A DNA stretch of 63,972 bases, filler included, from Conidiobolus incongruus B7586 (Eukaryota): assembly GCA_000697335.1 (NCBI GenBank). It is 38 parts of 38 records of this genome, joined end to end, with 100 filler letters (N's around TTAATTAATTAA, not from the genome) between each part and the next. Parts side by side here need not be neighbours in the genome. Positions count along the whole stretch, not along the records: positions 12,616 to 14,724 come from JNEM01004441.1; positions 14,825 to 16,241 come from JNEM01004443.1; positions 16,342 to 17,407 come from JNEM01004446.1; positions 17,508 to 19,219 come from JNEM01004447.1; positions 19,320 to 20,543 come from JNEM01004448.1; positions 20,644 to 21,953 come from JNEM01004449.1; positions 22,054 to 23,053 come from JNEM01004450.1; positions 23,154 to 24,259 come from JNEM01004452.1; 30 more parts are not named here. One strand, given 5' to 3'. Below, piece after piece: positions 13,845 through 28,625 of the stretch; positions within the stretch are counted from its first letter, which is position 1; every line of letters starts with the position of its first letter. Position numbers and translations under genes: made by a program. The notes beneath the pieces are model-generated. The model worked only from the letters and a program-made list of their open reading frames with translations, had not been told where the DNA came from and ran no database searches.

Positions 13845-14824
13845 TATTATAAATGACTACTATTTAAATTATCTAAATTAAATTACCAATCAACCTATAT
13901 CAAAAAAAATATTTTATAAGTAATTTTTAAAAATCACAAATATAATAGATCAATAATATTTTGAAGATATATCTTATAAACTAGAATAAACTTCTATATT
14001 TGATTAATAATTAATTATATATATCCTATTATTTAAAAGTTATTGTTTAAATATAATATCTGATATTATTATATAAAAAATTTATAATATAACTTTATTA
14101 TTTTAAGAATCAGATTAATTCAATTAAAATAAGAAATAATATTTTATGATAAACTATAATATAAAATTAGTTATATAATAATTTATCCAGAAATAAAATT
14201 AATATGGCTTTATATAATTATTCTTTAATTTTAATGAGCTTAATTTTATATTGTTTTTATTCGCAAAGGTTAATATCTCTAGAGTTCTAGGATTAACTTC
14301 CAAAATCAAAATTATTATCTATCTTAAAATATTAATTTTGTTTATATTTCATATATATAATAGCTTAATAAAATATTAAAATTATCTCCTAAAACCTGAG
14401 CTTAATATTTGTTTATTTTGGCTTAATAATTCTATTAGAAATAATATCATTTATAGAATAAGAAAAAATTTTTGAGTTAAAAAATTTATTTAACTTTTAA
14501 TTAAATATATTATCTTGATTATAATATTTAATAATAATAAGACCATAATATTTATTTTTGTATTTTATAAGATCATTTAATATTAACAAAAAATTATTAA
14601 ATAATATTATAATTTTGATATAATATAATATTTGATAAATGATATAATATAAATTAAATATGAAAAATCAATTATTATTAATATAAAATACTTTTTAAAC
14701 TTAATTTGGGAAATGAATTTTGAANNNNNNNNNNNNNNNNNNNNNNNNNNNNNNNNNNNNNNNNNNNNTTAATTAATTAANNNNNNNNNNNNNNNNNNNN
14801 NNNNNNNNNNNNNNNNNNNNNNNN

Positions 14825-16241
14825 TTGCAAAAATAAGTTATAAAATTAAAAAAATATATATTTCTATTAATATCTTAATTAATTATAATTTACATAAACT
14901 TATATTAAATTATGTAATTAATATATATTTTTTAATTATAATATAATATATAAAGTTAAGTTTAAATAATTATTAATTAATATATTAAAACTAAAAATAT
15001 ACTTAATATAAGTTATAAATTTGTGGGTTTTAGTATTGATAGAAAAATTAATATCTAGTATATTTATCTTTTATTTTTCTAACTTCTTTAAATTTATAAG
15101 ATATAGAGTCAACTAGCTTCTTATATTAAACAAGATTAATATTATTCTATGCTTCTTAAATATACCCTTAAAGTTAATTTAAATTTGTTATTAGGGGGAA
15201 AGCTTTAATTAATTTTTTTAATTAATCTTAAAGATATTTAATTGGGATAAAATTAAAAGATTAAGGAGGTTATTTTATAATAGTTATTTTGTTATTTTTA
15301 AACCATTTAATAGTAAAATTTATAGTATAACAAGGTGTATTATCTTGTTAGAAAATAATATTTGATTTCTTTAATTTATATCACTCAATAGTTTTTTTCA
15401 ATTTATTATTTAGAATATTTTAATATAATTTAACATTAATTCCCCTATTAACCTCACAAAAATACTTTACACCTAAAGATAACCTATATCCCTAAGTTAT
15501 AATTAACCTATTATTGTATTTTTAGGTTATAATAACATAATGGTTAAAAAGTAATTCTTTATTTTTTTTTGAAATATCTAGCTTTTTTATTAGATTAATT
15601 AAAATATATCTTTGTTTTATTAAATTAAATAACCTTACTCTATTTAATTTTGGTTTAATTTTAGTATTGACATTTAAACTTCTATTTATCTTTATAATAA
15701 AACTTCTTTAGTTGGAGGTGTTTTTTCTTAAAATATAAGTGGTATCTATTCTAATATAAAGTACATATAATAATATTAGTACTAACTAATATTCTTATAT
15801 AGTCTTGTAATTCTTATTATATTTATATAGTAATATTACACTTACCTATATTAATTAATCTATAAATATACTTTTTATTATGTTTATCTATAATTTTAAT
15901 ATACTTAAGTTTTGGTTTAGGTGTTTCTTTAACATTATTCTTAATAACTTTAGCTATAATAGATTAACTAACATTAGTAATTCTAATAATCTCACAAGTT
16001 GATTTATTTTTATTATAAAGCTGATTAATATATAAGTGAACTTTTTTAAACAAAGATTTAAGTATTATAATATTAATTTTAAAATATTAGCTTAATAATT
16101 TTATAATATATATAATATAACAAAAGAAAAAAAAGATATATATAAGTTTTGTTATTTATACCCTTTTAATTTATAAACCTACAAATTTATAACTTTTTTT
16201 TATTTAAAATTTAAGGCTTAATATATTAATTAATAATATAT
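14825..16241 (-). mobile_element. Decayed Tc1 A1 copy
   Basis: Colinear with 1787-3219; starts inside the outer terminal repeat (ttgcaaaaataagttataaaa). Confidence 0.92.
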
Positions 16242-16341
16242 NNNNNNNNNNNNNNNNNNNNNNNNNNNNNNNNNNNNNNNNNNNNTTAATTAATTAANNN
16301 NNNNNNNNNNNNNNNNNNNNNNNNNNNNNNNNNNNNNNNNN

Positions 16342-17297
16342 ATATTATTATTTGTACTTTATATTAATATAGGTACTACTTATATTTTAAATAAAAACAT
16401 TTTAAAATAAAGAAATCCTATTATAAAGTTAAATTAAAGTTTAAATATTACTATTAATATTAAACTAAAATTAATTAAAATAAGGTTATTTAATTTAATA
16501 AAATCAAAATATATTTTAATAGATTTGATAAAGTTAGATGCTTTAAAAAAGATATAAAACTATTTTATAACTATTATATTAATTTTACTCAAAAGTATAA
16601 TAATAGGTTAATTATTATTTAGGGATATATGTTATCTTTAAATGTAAAATATTTTTGTAAAGTTAATAGGGAAATTAATGTTAAAATATATTAAAATATT
16701 TTAAACAATGAATTAAAAAAAACTATTAAATAATATAAGTTAAACAAATTTAATATTATTTTCCAACAAGATAATACCTTTTGTTATATTATAGCTTTTA
16801 TCATCAAATAGCTTAAAAATAACAAAATAATAGTTATAAAGTGGCTTCTTTAATCTTTTAACCTTAATCTAATTAAATACCTTTAGGATTAGTTAAAAAA
16901 AGTTATTAGAGCTTTCCCTTTAATAAAAGATTTAAATTAGCTTTAGGAATATATTTAAAAAACATAGAATAAAATTAACCCTTCTTAATATAAGAAGTTA
17001 ATTGACCTTATACCCTATAAACTTAAAGAAATTAAATAAGCTAAAGATAGATATATTAAGTTTTAATTTTTTCTTATCACCAAAAACCTATAAATTTATA
17101 ACTCATCTTAAGTAAAATTTAAAGGTTTATATTTTAACCAATTAATAACTAAATATCATCATTTAATAAATATATATTATTAATAAATATAATAGATTTT
17201 AATTATTTGATTTAAGTTTATTTCATTGAATATTAATTAAATTATTAATAAAAATATTAGTGTTTTTGATTTTATAACTTGCTTTTATTGGTTAATA
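16342..17297 (+). mobile_element. Decayed Tc1 A2 copy, 3' portion
   Basis: ttccaacaagataat (FQQDN, intact) at ~16761; aagtggcttctttaatct (KWPPQS); terminus followed by TA at 17298. Confidence 0.9.
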
Positions 17298-18033
17298 TAG
17301 TTTAAATCAGTTTATATTATATTATTTAACTAATATATATTTTCTATAACAAATTATAATTAGTTAAAATATATTATATTTAGTTGATAAATTTATATTA
17401 ATAAAATNNNNNNNNNNNNNNNNNNNNNNNNNNNNNNNNNNNNNNNNNNNNTTAATTAATTAANNNNNNNNNNNNNNNNNNNNNNNNNNNNNNNNNNNNN
17501 NNNNNNNAATTATAACTAAACACTTATATTTTTATAAACCAATCGATTTTTTTATATATCTAAATTAATGATTTATTAAATTAAAATAATTACTATCGGT
17601 CAAGAGATCTATTTTATAATTTAAATTAATTTAAATAATTTTGGATATTATAGAAAACTATTAGTAAATCTAAACATATATGAATAAAATTAATTTTGAT
17701 ATTTTAAACCAAATATATTAATATTCAAAACTTCATTATTATAATCTTAATTAATCCTTATTTATATTAAAATATAATTTTAAATTAACCTATTAATATA
17801 AAATATGAGGTATATAGTCATTGGTTTATTTAATTAATGTTATATATATCATAATAGATAGTATATAATATAATATTAATTTGATTTTTGATATTGGAAA
17901 TTTAAAATTTATATAATATCTGATATATTTTCATTATTATTATAAATACTCTGAAATTAAAGATAATTAATAAATAATCATTTTAATTATTTATTTCTTA
18001 TATTCTTTAAAATATTTCAATAATAACTTTATA

Positions 18034-19219
18034 CACTAACTTGCAAAAATAGGTTATAAAATCAAAAACACTTATATTTTTACTAATAACTTGATTAATA
18101 TTTAATGAAATAAACTTAAATTAAATAATTAAAATCTATTGTATTTATTAATAATATATATTATTAAATGATAGTATTTAGTTATTAATTGGTTAAAATA
18201 TAAACCTTTAAATTTTACTTAAGATAAATTATAAATTTATAGGTTTTATATAATAAAAAAAATTAAAATATAGTATATCTACCTCTAACTTTTTTAACTT
18301 CTTTAAGTTAGTGAGATATAAAATTAACTAACTTGTTATATTAAAAAGGATTAATTTTATTCTATATTTCTCAAATATATTCTTATAATTGATTTAAATT
18401 TTTTGTTAAAAAGAAAATTTTAATAACCTTTTTTAATTAATACTAAAAATATTTAATTAAGTTATGGTTAAGAAATTAAAAAAGCTACTTTATAATTATT
18501 TTCTTGTTAATTTTAAATTATTTAATAATAAAAGCTATAATATAACAAGAAATATTATCTTATTAGAAAATAATATTAGATTTATTGAACCTATATTATT
18601 CAATTATATTTTTTCAATTAATTGTTTAAAATACTTTAATATGTTTTAATATTAATTCCCTTGTTAACTTGACAAAAATATTTTATACTAAAAGATAATA
18701 TATATCTTTAAATAATAATTAACTTATTAATATACTTTTAGGTAAATTATCATAATAATTATAAAATAGTTTTTTATCTTTTTTAGAGTATCTAGCTTTT
18801 TTAATAAATTTACTAAAATATATCTTTATTTTATTAATTTAAATAACCTTTTTTAATTAGTTTTAGTTTAATATTAATGATAATATTTAAACTCCTATTT
18901 AATTTTATATTAGGATTTTTTTAGCTAAAGGTGTTTTTTAAGATATAAGTGATATCTAGTTAATATAAAACATATAAAATAATATTAATAATAGTTAATA
19001 TTTTTGTATAATTTTATAATTCTTGCTATATTTCTATAATAGTAATATATTTACTTATATTAATTAACTTATAAATATAATTCTTTTTATATTTATTTAT
19101 AATTTCAATATACTTAAGTTTAAGTTTAAATATATCTTTATTGTTATTTTTAACAAATTTAATTATAGTAGATTAACTAATACTAATAATTCTATTAATA
19201 TCATAAGTTGATTTATCTT
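18034..19219 (-). mobile_element. Decayed Tc1 A2 copy
   Basis: TA|cactaacttgcaaaaataggttataaaatcaaaaacac terminus; reverse complement of 16342-17297. Confidence 0.9.
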
Positions 19220-19319
19220 NNNNNNNNNNNNNNNNNNNNNNNNNNNNNNNNNNNNNNNNNNNNTTAATTAATTAANNNNNNNNNNNNNNNNNNNNNNNNN
19301 NNNNNNNNNNNNNNNNNNN

Positions 19320-20541
19320 TAAAAATAATTAAACAATTTTAATTAAAAAGTTTCTTTTATTATAAATTACTTTTTATTATATTTTTGGCAAATTTCTAAT
19401 ATTTAAAAATAGTACTTTTTATTAATTACTAAAATTTGATATTATATAAACTAATTAAATTTTTTAAAGAAATTTTTTTTTATAAACTAGTTTTTTAATT
19501 ACCTAAAGCAATTATAATAACATTGGTTATAATCTAAAGAATATACTAAATATGGTAATTTTTTTCAATTATTTTTAATTACAAATTTTTTTATAGCTTT
19601 AGAGTTATATATTTTTTAAATATTATGCAAAATAGTTGGTCTTCTTAAATTATATTAAAAATTCTAATTAGAAATATTTATATTCAAAAAAGGAATATAA
19701 AGTTTATTATTAATTGACTTTCCTTTAAGAACTTAATAGGAGTAGCATATAATATTACAATTCATTATAATAATTAATAATTATTATTTAATAAAATACT
19801 TATTTAAAGTAATTTATAGAGGGAGTTGATTTAATTTAATTTATTATCTTGATCTGTATTTTGGTAAAAGATTATATATAAAGGTCTAATATTTATCAAT
19901 TGCTAATATTTATTATAAAAGTTTAGGGTTCTAGTAATATTTTAAAAAGTTTTATTTAATAATAGATATTCTAGTTTTTTTTTAATCTTTAGTTAAATAA
20001 TAAAATACCTGTTTTTTTTATTTATTAATTTAAGATTAAACTATAATATATATACAATACTTATAAAATTGAAATTAAAATGTTTAGATATTTCTTTCAT
20101 TAATATAATAGGGTAATTTTAATATATTTTTTTATTATATTAATAACTGAAAAATAATAGGTAAAATTAATCTTTTAAATTTTAACAAGTTAAGGATAAT
20201 TTCTTTTATAGCCTTAAAATCATTTATCTAGCAATAAATTATAAATTTAGATAATACTTTAATACCAAAAGTTGCTTGTAAATTTTGAATAATTTTAAAG
20301 AGCTTATGGTTAAACTTTATTAATACTAAAATAAAATACTTTTGATAACTATTATTTGATTTAAATATAGTTAAATTAAATAACTAATTTTAAAAAGTTA
20401 ATTTTTTAATCAAAAATATTACTAAATATATTTTAAAAATTATAATTTTTTATTAACTTTTATATTTATTTATTTCAAACTAAGAATATATTTGAAAAAT
20501 CAAAAATTATAAAATTTCACATTATCTTAAATTTAAAGTAA
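19320..20541 (-). mobile_element. Decayed mariner copy
   Basis: Colinear with 31793-33115; terminus ...aaatttaaagtaa|TA. Confidence 0.88.
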
Positions 20542-20643
20542 TANNNNNNNNNNNNNNNNNNNNNNNNNNNNNNNNNNNNNNNNNNNNTTAATTAATTAAN
20601 NNNNNNNNNNNNNNNNNNNNNNNNNNNNNNNNNNNNNNNNNNN

Positions 20644-20746
20644 AAATTATATATTTTAATTTAAATTTATTTAATTAGGAATTGTTTAAGATATAAGTAA
20701 ATATTTAAGTAATTTTAATTTTATAACTTATTTTTATAGGCTAGTA
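20644..20746 (-). mobile_element. Tc1 A1 left-end fragment
   Basis: Matches 3117-3219; ends ttttataacttatttttataggctagta|TA. Confidence 0.85.
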
Positions 20747-20959
20747 TATATTCTATTAACTATAAGAAGGACTCAGATTCTTCTCTCTAATTGGAACTTT
20801 AGCTTATGTTACTCCTTACACAAATAAACCTTTTGCCTAACTATTAATATATTTCTTATTATTATTAATTAACACCTTAATATTAAAGGATCTAGTGATT
20901 ATATATTTCTTAAGGTATTAAAAAACTAGCTTTTTCTACCTTTAACTATTATTATTTAC

Positions 20960-21411
20960 TTATATAATTATTAATTCATAATAGGTTTTTAGTAGTTTTA
21001 TTATTGTTACTATATAAACATAATAGTAAATACTAATATTATATAAAGGAAAACTTAATATAAAAGTAATGTGACATAAAATATAGTAATATAATATAGC
21101 TATAATATACAAATATAAATAAAGTTTAATTAAGCTTTAAACTAGGATAAGTTACTAATATATTAAAACCTATATTAAGTAATATTAATATATTATAATA
21201 TTGATATGATATAGTTTTAATCTTAGAAATAATAGAAAAGATAAGAAATAATAAAAATTAAGAGGAAAAAAGAAAAACCTAGTTTATTAGATAATTTAAT
21301 ATTATTTATATAATTAATTTAGTTATAAAAGTATAAATTAATCATATAATTTATAGTTAATAGAATTATATGAAAGTATATATAAGAATTTAAAGAACTA
21401 GTCTCTTAATA
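20960..21411 (-). mobile_element. Gypsy 5' LTR (21013-21411) with adjacent PBS and start of leader
   Basis: LTR homology; on the minus strand the LTR end is followed by tagtaacaataataaaact, same as 58075 onward. Confidence 0.85.
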
Positions 21412-21953
21412 CTTTTACCTATTATAAAATTCCTAAAATTATTATATTAGATCAAAATATATAATTTAACTTTTAATTTTAAAAATTATTATTTTATTCT
21501 ATTAAGATTAACCTAATTATATTTATTAATAATTATCACTAAAATAAAATATTTGCTAAAATAATTTTAAAACTTTAAAATAAATGATTAAAGTTAATAT
21601 TAATATTAATTAATTAAATTCAAATAATTATATCTATTAACTTTAATATTTATTTAATATTTTTGTTAATAAATCAATAAATTTTAACTTTAATTTTATT
21701 AATTATAATAAATATCTTAATTTAATCATGATTTTAACACTTTATATTAACTTATCTTTAAATATTATTGAATTTTAATTTAATATTAAATATATCAATT
21801 ATTTTATTAAATTTAACTTAAAAGAGAATAAAAGATTATAAAATAATATCTAAAGTTATTTAAAAATCCTCTAGAATATAAAATAAATATCTTTATTTAC
21901 TTAGAATAATCCCTTCTTAAATTTAGTTTAATTTTAAAATATTTACTATTATA
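21412..21953 (+). mobile_element. Decayed gypsy integrase fragment (host of the inverted element to its left)
   Basis: Reverts to approximately GIPKIIISDRDTQFNS...LEQMIK; reverse complement of ~30350-30885. Confidence 0.8.
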
Positions 21954-22053
21954 NNNNNNNNNNNNNNNNNNNNNNNNNNNNNNNNNNNNNNNNNNNNTTA
22001 ATTAATTAANNNNNNNNNNNNNNNNNNNNNNNNNNNNNNNNNNNNNNNNNNNN

Positions 22054-22930
22054 AATAAATATATATGATAAGAGATATATTAATAATATAGTTAATATAA
22101 ATAAATAGATTATTTTTATAAAAATATATAAAATATTATAAAATTTTTAAAATAAAACTAAATAATATTAATATTATTATATATACATTTATATTAAAAT
22201 CAATATTGCTTAGATTTTAAAAAAAATCTTTACTATAAAATTAAATAGAAGATTAAATATTATCATTAATATTAAAATAAAACTAAATAAAACAAGGCTA
22301 TTTAATCTAATAAAATAAAATAATAGCTTAATAAATTTAATTAATAATTGAAATATTTTAAAAAATATAAAATTATTTTATAATTATTTTATTATTTGAA
22401 CTTATAAGTAATATAGAAAATTAATTATTATTTAAGAATTAATGTTATTTTTAGATAATAAAATATCTTTATAAAGTTACTAGTGAAATTAATTTTAAGA
22501 TATATTAAAATATTCTGAGTGATAAATTAAGAAAATAAACTAAATAATATAAGTTAAAAAAATTAAATATTATTTTTTAACAAGATAATACCTCTTATTA
22601 CATTATTCATTTTTATTACCCAATAGCTTATAAATAATAAAATAATAATTATAATATTTTCCTCTTAATTTCTTAATTTTAACTTAATTAAATAATTTTA
22701 AAATTAGTTAAAAAAACTTATTAAAGCCTCCCTTTAGATAAAAATTTAAGTTAGTTTTAAAAAATAAATTTAAGAAGCTTAAACCAAAATTAAATAATTT
22801 TATTATAAAAAAATAATTGATTTTATAGTATATTAACTTGAAAAATTTAAAAAAACTAAAGATAAATATATTAATTTTTAATTTTTTTATTATAATCTAA
22901 AATATATAAATTTATATTTAAAATTAATTA
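22054..22930 (+). mobile_element. Heavily decayed Tc1 copy
   Basis: caagataatacctcttattacatt (QDNAPCH region) at ~22581; colinear with other plus-strand copies. Confidence 0.82.
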
Positions 22931-23153
22931 TATCTTTAATCTTAATAATATTTGTGATAATTATTTATTTATTTAATAATACTATTAATATTTTTTGATA
23001 TTAATAAATTCATATCAATTTAATTATTCAATTTAGATTTATTTTATTAATTANNNNNNNNNNNNNNNNNNNNNNNNNNNNNNNNNNNNNNNNNNNNTTA
23101 ATTAATTAANNNNNNNNNNNNNNNNNNNNNNNNNNNNNNNNNNNNNNNNNNNN

Positions 23154-24259
23154 TTAATCCTATTTTATATTTTTTAAACATATTTTTAAAATTAATATAA
23201 ATCTTTTATTAAAGGAAAAACTTTAATAACTTTTTTTAACTAATTATAAAATTATATTAATAAATTTAAAAAATTAAAAGAGTTATTTTATAACTATTAT
23301 CTTGTTATTTTTTAGTTATTTGATAATAAAGATTATAATATACAAAAGATATTATCTTTTTATAAAATAATTTTAGATTTATTTAATTTATATTTTTCAT
23401 TAATTTTTTAGAATTTATTATTTAAAATATTATAATATATCTTAATTTTAAATCTTTATTAATTTTATAAAAATTTATTTTATTTCAAAAAAATATATAT
23501 TTTTAAATAATAATTGATTTATTATTATACTTTTGGGTTAAATTAATATAATGGTTATAAAATAATTTTATATCTTTTTTAAAATATCTAATCTCTTTAT
23601 TAAATAAATTAAAACATATTTTAATTTAATCAAATTAAATAACCTTATTTTAATTAATTTTAATTTAATATTAATAATGACATTTAAACTGTTACCTAAC
23701 TTTATAGTGGGATTTCTTTAGTTAGGGGTGTTTTTTCTTAAGGTATAAGTAATATCTATACTAATATAAAATATATATAATAATATTAGTGTTAACTAAT
23801 ATTATTATATAGCTTTATAATTTGTGTTGTATTTCTATAACAATATTATATTTATTTATATTAACTAACTTATAGATATATTTCTCATTATATTTATTTA
23901 TAATCTTAATATATTTATGTTTAAATTTAAATATTTCTTTAATATTATTCTTAATAACTTTAACTATAGTAAACTAACTAACATTAATAATTCTAACAAT
24001 ATTATAAGTTGATTTAGCTTTTTTATAAAGTTGATTAATATATAAGAAGATTTTTTTAAACAGGGATTTAAGTATAATAATTCTAATAAAAAAATTTAAT
24101 ATATCTATAAAATATTATTTAAAATAATAGCAAAAAAAGAAAAAAAATATAGTTATATATTGTTAAATATATCCCTTTATCTCAAAAACCCACAAATATA
24201 TAATTTACTTTAGTTAAATATTAAAGGGTAATATTTTTAGTAAAAATTTACTAAATATA
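23154..24259 (-). mobile_element. Decayed Tc1 A2 copy
   Basis: Colinear with 37750-38870, including inner repeat aaaaacccacaaatatataattt. Confidence 0.88.
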
Positions 24260-24359
24260 NNNNNNNNNNNNNNNNNNNNNNNNNNNNNNNNNNNNNNNNN
24301 NNNTTAATTAATTAANNNNNNNNNNNNNNNNNNNNNNNNNNNNNNNNNNNNNNNNNNNN

Positions 24360-25384
24360 TTAATTAATAAATAATTATAATAATTCATTAATAATAATTG
24401 ATTTAATTTTTTTATTTTTTAATTTTATTCCTTATTTCAAAATTTTGATAATTAAAGATATTATATATTTATATTTATTAATAATTTTTCTTATTATTGA
24501 ATTATATAAACCATTTTATTAAATAAAAAGATAATATTTATTTTTTATATTATAAGTTATTAATTTTTTTAATATCAGCCTAGTTATATCTATAACCAAT
24601 TGTTACCAAACCAATAGATTTATTAAAAATACTATCAAAGCTTTGAATAAATGATTTAATCTTATATCGATATTAATCAATCAAATTGGGATTTTTATAT
24701 CTATTAATTTTAGTATTTATTTATCATTTTTACTAATCAATCAAATTATTATAACCTTTATTTCATTTATTATAACAAATATCCTAATTTAATAACTATT
24801 TAAAAGATTTAAATTGATATAAATTTAGATGGTTTTAAATTTAAATTTAATTTCGATTATATTAATTCCCTTATTATATATAATCACAACGAAAATTAAA
24901 GGATTAATGAATAATAGTATTTAAAGTAATCTAAAAATACTTTTAGATATAAAATTAATATATTTACTTATTGAAAAATACCTTTCCTTAAATTTAACTT
25001 ATTTAAATCTAATTATAATATAGAATATATTAAAAGATTATTTTTTTACTTTCTTATATATATTTTTTTATAATTTAATTAAATATAAATAATATGATTA
25101 ATTTATATATTTTTAGCTAAATTAATTATATAAATAATATTGATTTTCTAATAAACAAGGTTTCTCATTTTTCTTTTAATTATTATTATTTCTTATCTTT
25201 TTTATTATTTCTAAAATTAAGACTAAATTTTATCAATATTATAATATTTTGGTATTACCTAATATAAATCTTAATATATTGGTGATTAATCCCAGTTTGA
25301 AGCTTAATTAAGCTTTATTTATTATCCAACATTATATTACCATATTTTATAATATATTATTTTTATATTAAGTTTTCCACTATA
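24360..25384 (+). mobile_element. Decayed gypsy integrase fragment followed by an LTR (25028-25384)
   Basis: Integrase homology (attaatcaatcaaattggg = INQSNW). The LTR begins tattaaaagatta (from TGTTAAGAGACTA). The chromodomain segment seen in other copies is absent between them. Confidence 0.78.
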
Positions 25385-25555
25385 NNNNNNNNNNNNNNNN
25401 NNNNNNNNNNNNNNNNNNNNNNNNNNNNTTAATTAATTAANNNNNNNNNNNNNNNNNNNNNNNNNNNNNNNNNNNNNNNNNNNNTATTTTATATATAAAT
25501 GAATTTTTATCATAAATTTAATAAAGATAAAATTTTTTTTTAAAATAAATATATA

Positions 25556-27049
25556 TACTGGCTTGCAAAAGTAAGTTAAAAAATCAAAATTACTTAAATA
25601 TATACCTATATTTTAAATAATTCTTAATTAAATAAATTTAAATTAAAATATATAATTTACCTATATTAATTAATTATAATTAATTATATTTGATTATATT
25701 TCATTAGCTATTAGTTAATTTATCAAAATCTAAAATTTAACCAAAATGAGTTATAAATTTGTGGGTTTATAAGTTAAAAGGCTATAAATAACAAAACTTA
25801 TATATATATTTTTTTCTTTTGTTGTATTATATATATTATAAAACTATTAAACTAATATTTTAAAATTGATACTATAATACTTAAATCTTTTTTTAAAAAA
25901 GTTTATTTATATATTAATTAACTTTATAATGAAAATAAATCAACTTGTGAGATTGCTAGAATTACTAGTGTTAGCTAATTTATAATAGCTAGGGCTATTA
26001 AGAACAATATTTAAAAAACACCTAAACTAAAACTTAAGCATATTAAAATTATAGATAAATATGATAAAAAGTATATTTATAGATTAGTTAAGATAGATAA
26101 ATATTATATTACTATAGAAATACAACAATAATTATAAGACTATATAACAAAATTAGTTAGTACTAATACTATTATATTTATTTTATATTAAAATAGATAT
26201 CACTTATATTTTAAGAAAAAACACCCCTAACTAAAAAAGTCCCATTATAAAGTTAGATTAGAGTTTAATTGTAAACACTAGAGTTAAACTAAAACTAACT
26301 AGAGTAAGGTTATTTAGTTTAATAAAACAAAAATATATTTTAATAGATTTAATAAAAAAGCTAGATTTTTCAAAAAAGATAAAGAATTACTTTATAACTA
26401 ATATGTTATTATAACCCAAAAATACAATAATAAGTCAATTATAGTTTAGGGATATATATTATCTTTAGGTATAAGATATCTTTATAGGGTTAATAGAGGA
26501 AATAATACTAAGATATACAAAAGTATTTTAAATAATAAATTAAATAAAACTACTAAGTGATATAGATAAAAAAATCAAATATTATTTTATAACATAATAA
26601 TATACCTCACTATATTATAAATTTTATTATTAAATAGCTTAAAAATAACAAAATAATTATTATAAAATAACTTCCTGAATCTCTTAATCTTAACCCAATT
26701 AAATATCTTTAGTATTAACTAAAAATATTAATTAAAGCTTTTCCCTGAATAAAAAATTTAAATTAACTTTAGTAATATATTTAAAAAGCTTAGAATAATA
26801 TTAGTTTTGCTTAATATAAGAGGTTAGTTGACTTTATATCTTATAAATTTAAAGAAGTTAGAAAAACAAAAAATAGATATACTAAATATTAATTTTTCTA
26901 TCAATACTAAAACCCACAAATTTATAACTTATCTTAAGTATATTTTTAATTTTAATATTTCAATTAATAATTAATTAAATTTTATTTTATATATTATTTT
27001 ATAAATAAAAAATATATATTAATTTTATAGTTTATAATAAATTTATTTA
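25556..27049 (+). mobile_element. Decayed Tc1 A1 copy, near full length
   Basis: TA|tactggcttgcaaaagtaagtt terminus; colinear with 27-1589. Confidence 0.92.
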
Positions 27050-27149
27050 NNNNNNNNNNNNNNNNNNNNNNNNNNNNNNNNNNNNNNNNNNNNTTAATTA
27101 ATTAANNNNNNNNNNNNNNNNNNNNNNNNNNNNNNNNNNNNNNNNNNNN

Positions 27150-28403
27150 AAAAATAAGAATTTTTTAAAATTTATAATACATAAACATAAAATATATAAG
27201 AATAATTATATAATATAAATTTAATAATTTTATTATTATAACTTTTTAATATATTTTTAATAAACTTCTAATAATTAAGAAATAGGTTTTTTATTAATAA
27301 CTGAAATTTAATTGTTATTAAATTAATTAAATTTTCTTATAAAAATTTTTTTTCTTGTAAGCTATGTTTTTAATTATCTAAACCAATTATAATCACACAG
27401 GTTTTAATCTAAGGAATATACTAGATATATTAGTTTTTTCCAGTTATTTTGATAAAAAACTTTTATAACTTTGAATTTAAATATTTTATAATTATTATGT
27501 AAAATAATATATCTTTTTAAATTATATTAAGAATATTAATTAAAAAGAGTTTTATTTAAATAGTAATATAAAGCATATTATTAATTGATTTTCCTTGAAG
27601 AATTAAATGAAAAAAGTATAAATTAATATAATCTAATATAATTATTAACATTTACTTATTAACAAAACATATATTTAAAAGGATTTGTAAAAGGAATTAA
27701 TTTTGCTTAATTTAGCACTATGATTTATGGTTTAATAAAGGATTGTTTAATAGGATCAAAGATTCATCAATTATAATTATTTATTGCAGATACCTAGGTT
27801 TCTATCAAAGTTTTAATAAGTTTTATTTAACAATAGCTACTCTTGCTTTTTTGTATTTTAAATAAATTATAAAATATCTTTTTTATATTTTGAATATTGA
27901 ATTAAATATATATTTTAATATATATATATTAAACATTTATAAAAAAATTTAAGTATTTAAAAAATTATCTAACTAAAATAAAAATATTTTTTTAATATAT
28001 TTATTCACACTTTTAATATATGAAATAGTTAAAGTTAAAATTAGTTTTTTAAATTAATAAGATTTAGATAGTTTCACTTCTAATTTTAAAAATTATTTAC
28101 TTAGCAATAAATTATTGGTTTATTTATTATTTTATTATTAAAAGATACTTTTAAATTTTAAATGATTTTAATAGGTTTAGGGTTAGTTTAATTAATACTA
28201 AAATAAATGATATTTATATTCATTTTTTGGTTTTAGGACATTTAAATTAAATAACCAATTTTAAAAAAATTAATTTTGAAATTAAAAAAATAATTAAATA
28301 GATAAATTTATATAATTAAAAAATATAAAATATTTATTTATTTTATATGTATTTATTTTTTAATGCAAATATTATATTTAAATAATCAATAATTAAAAAT
28401 TAT
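27150..28403 (-). mobile_element. Decayed mariner copy
   Basis: Reverse complement of gattcatcaattat gives IIDES (TIDES); aatcacacaggttttaatctaaggaatata is the YSPD.NPCD region. Confidence 0.87.
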
Positions 28404-28503
28404 NNNNNNNNNNNNNNNNNNNNNNNNNNNNNNNNNNNNNNNNNNNNTTAATTAATTAANNNNNNNNNNNNNNNNNNNNNNNNNNNNNNNNNNNNNNNNN
28501 NNN

Positions 28504-28625
28504 AATAATTAAGATAATAAATAAAAAAAATAAAAAATATATTTATAAGATTATTAACATAAATAAATATAAAATTATTATAAAAATATAAATATAACTA
28601 TTATATTATTAAAAAATATTAGTTA
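28504..28625 (+). mobile_element. Tc1 internal fragment, host of the mariner at 28626
   Basis: Resembles ~515-630 of the first Tc1 copy; ends attagt|TA at the mariner terminus. Confidence 0.6.

Noticed and set aside
18464..18649. 61-aa ORF as a gene
   Set aside because: It is antisense to the transposase of a decayed Tc1 copy and is not open in sibling copies.
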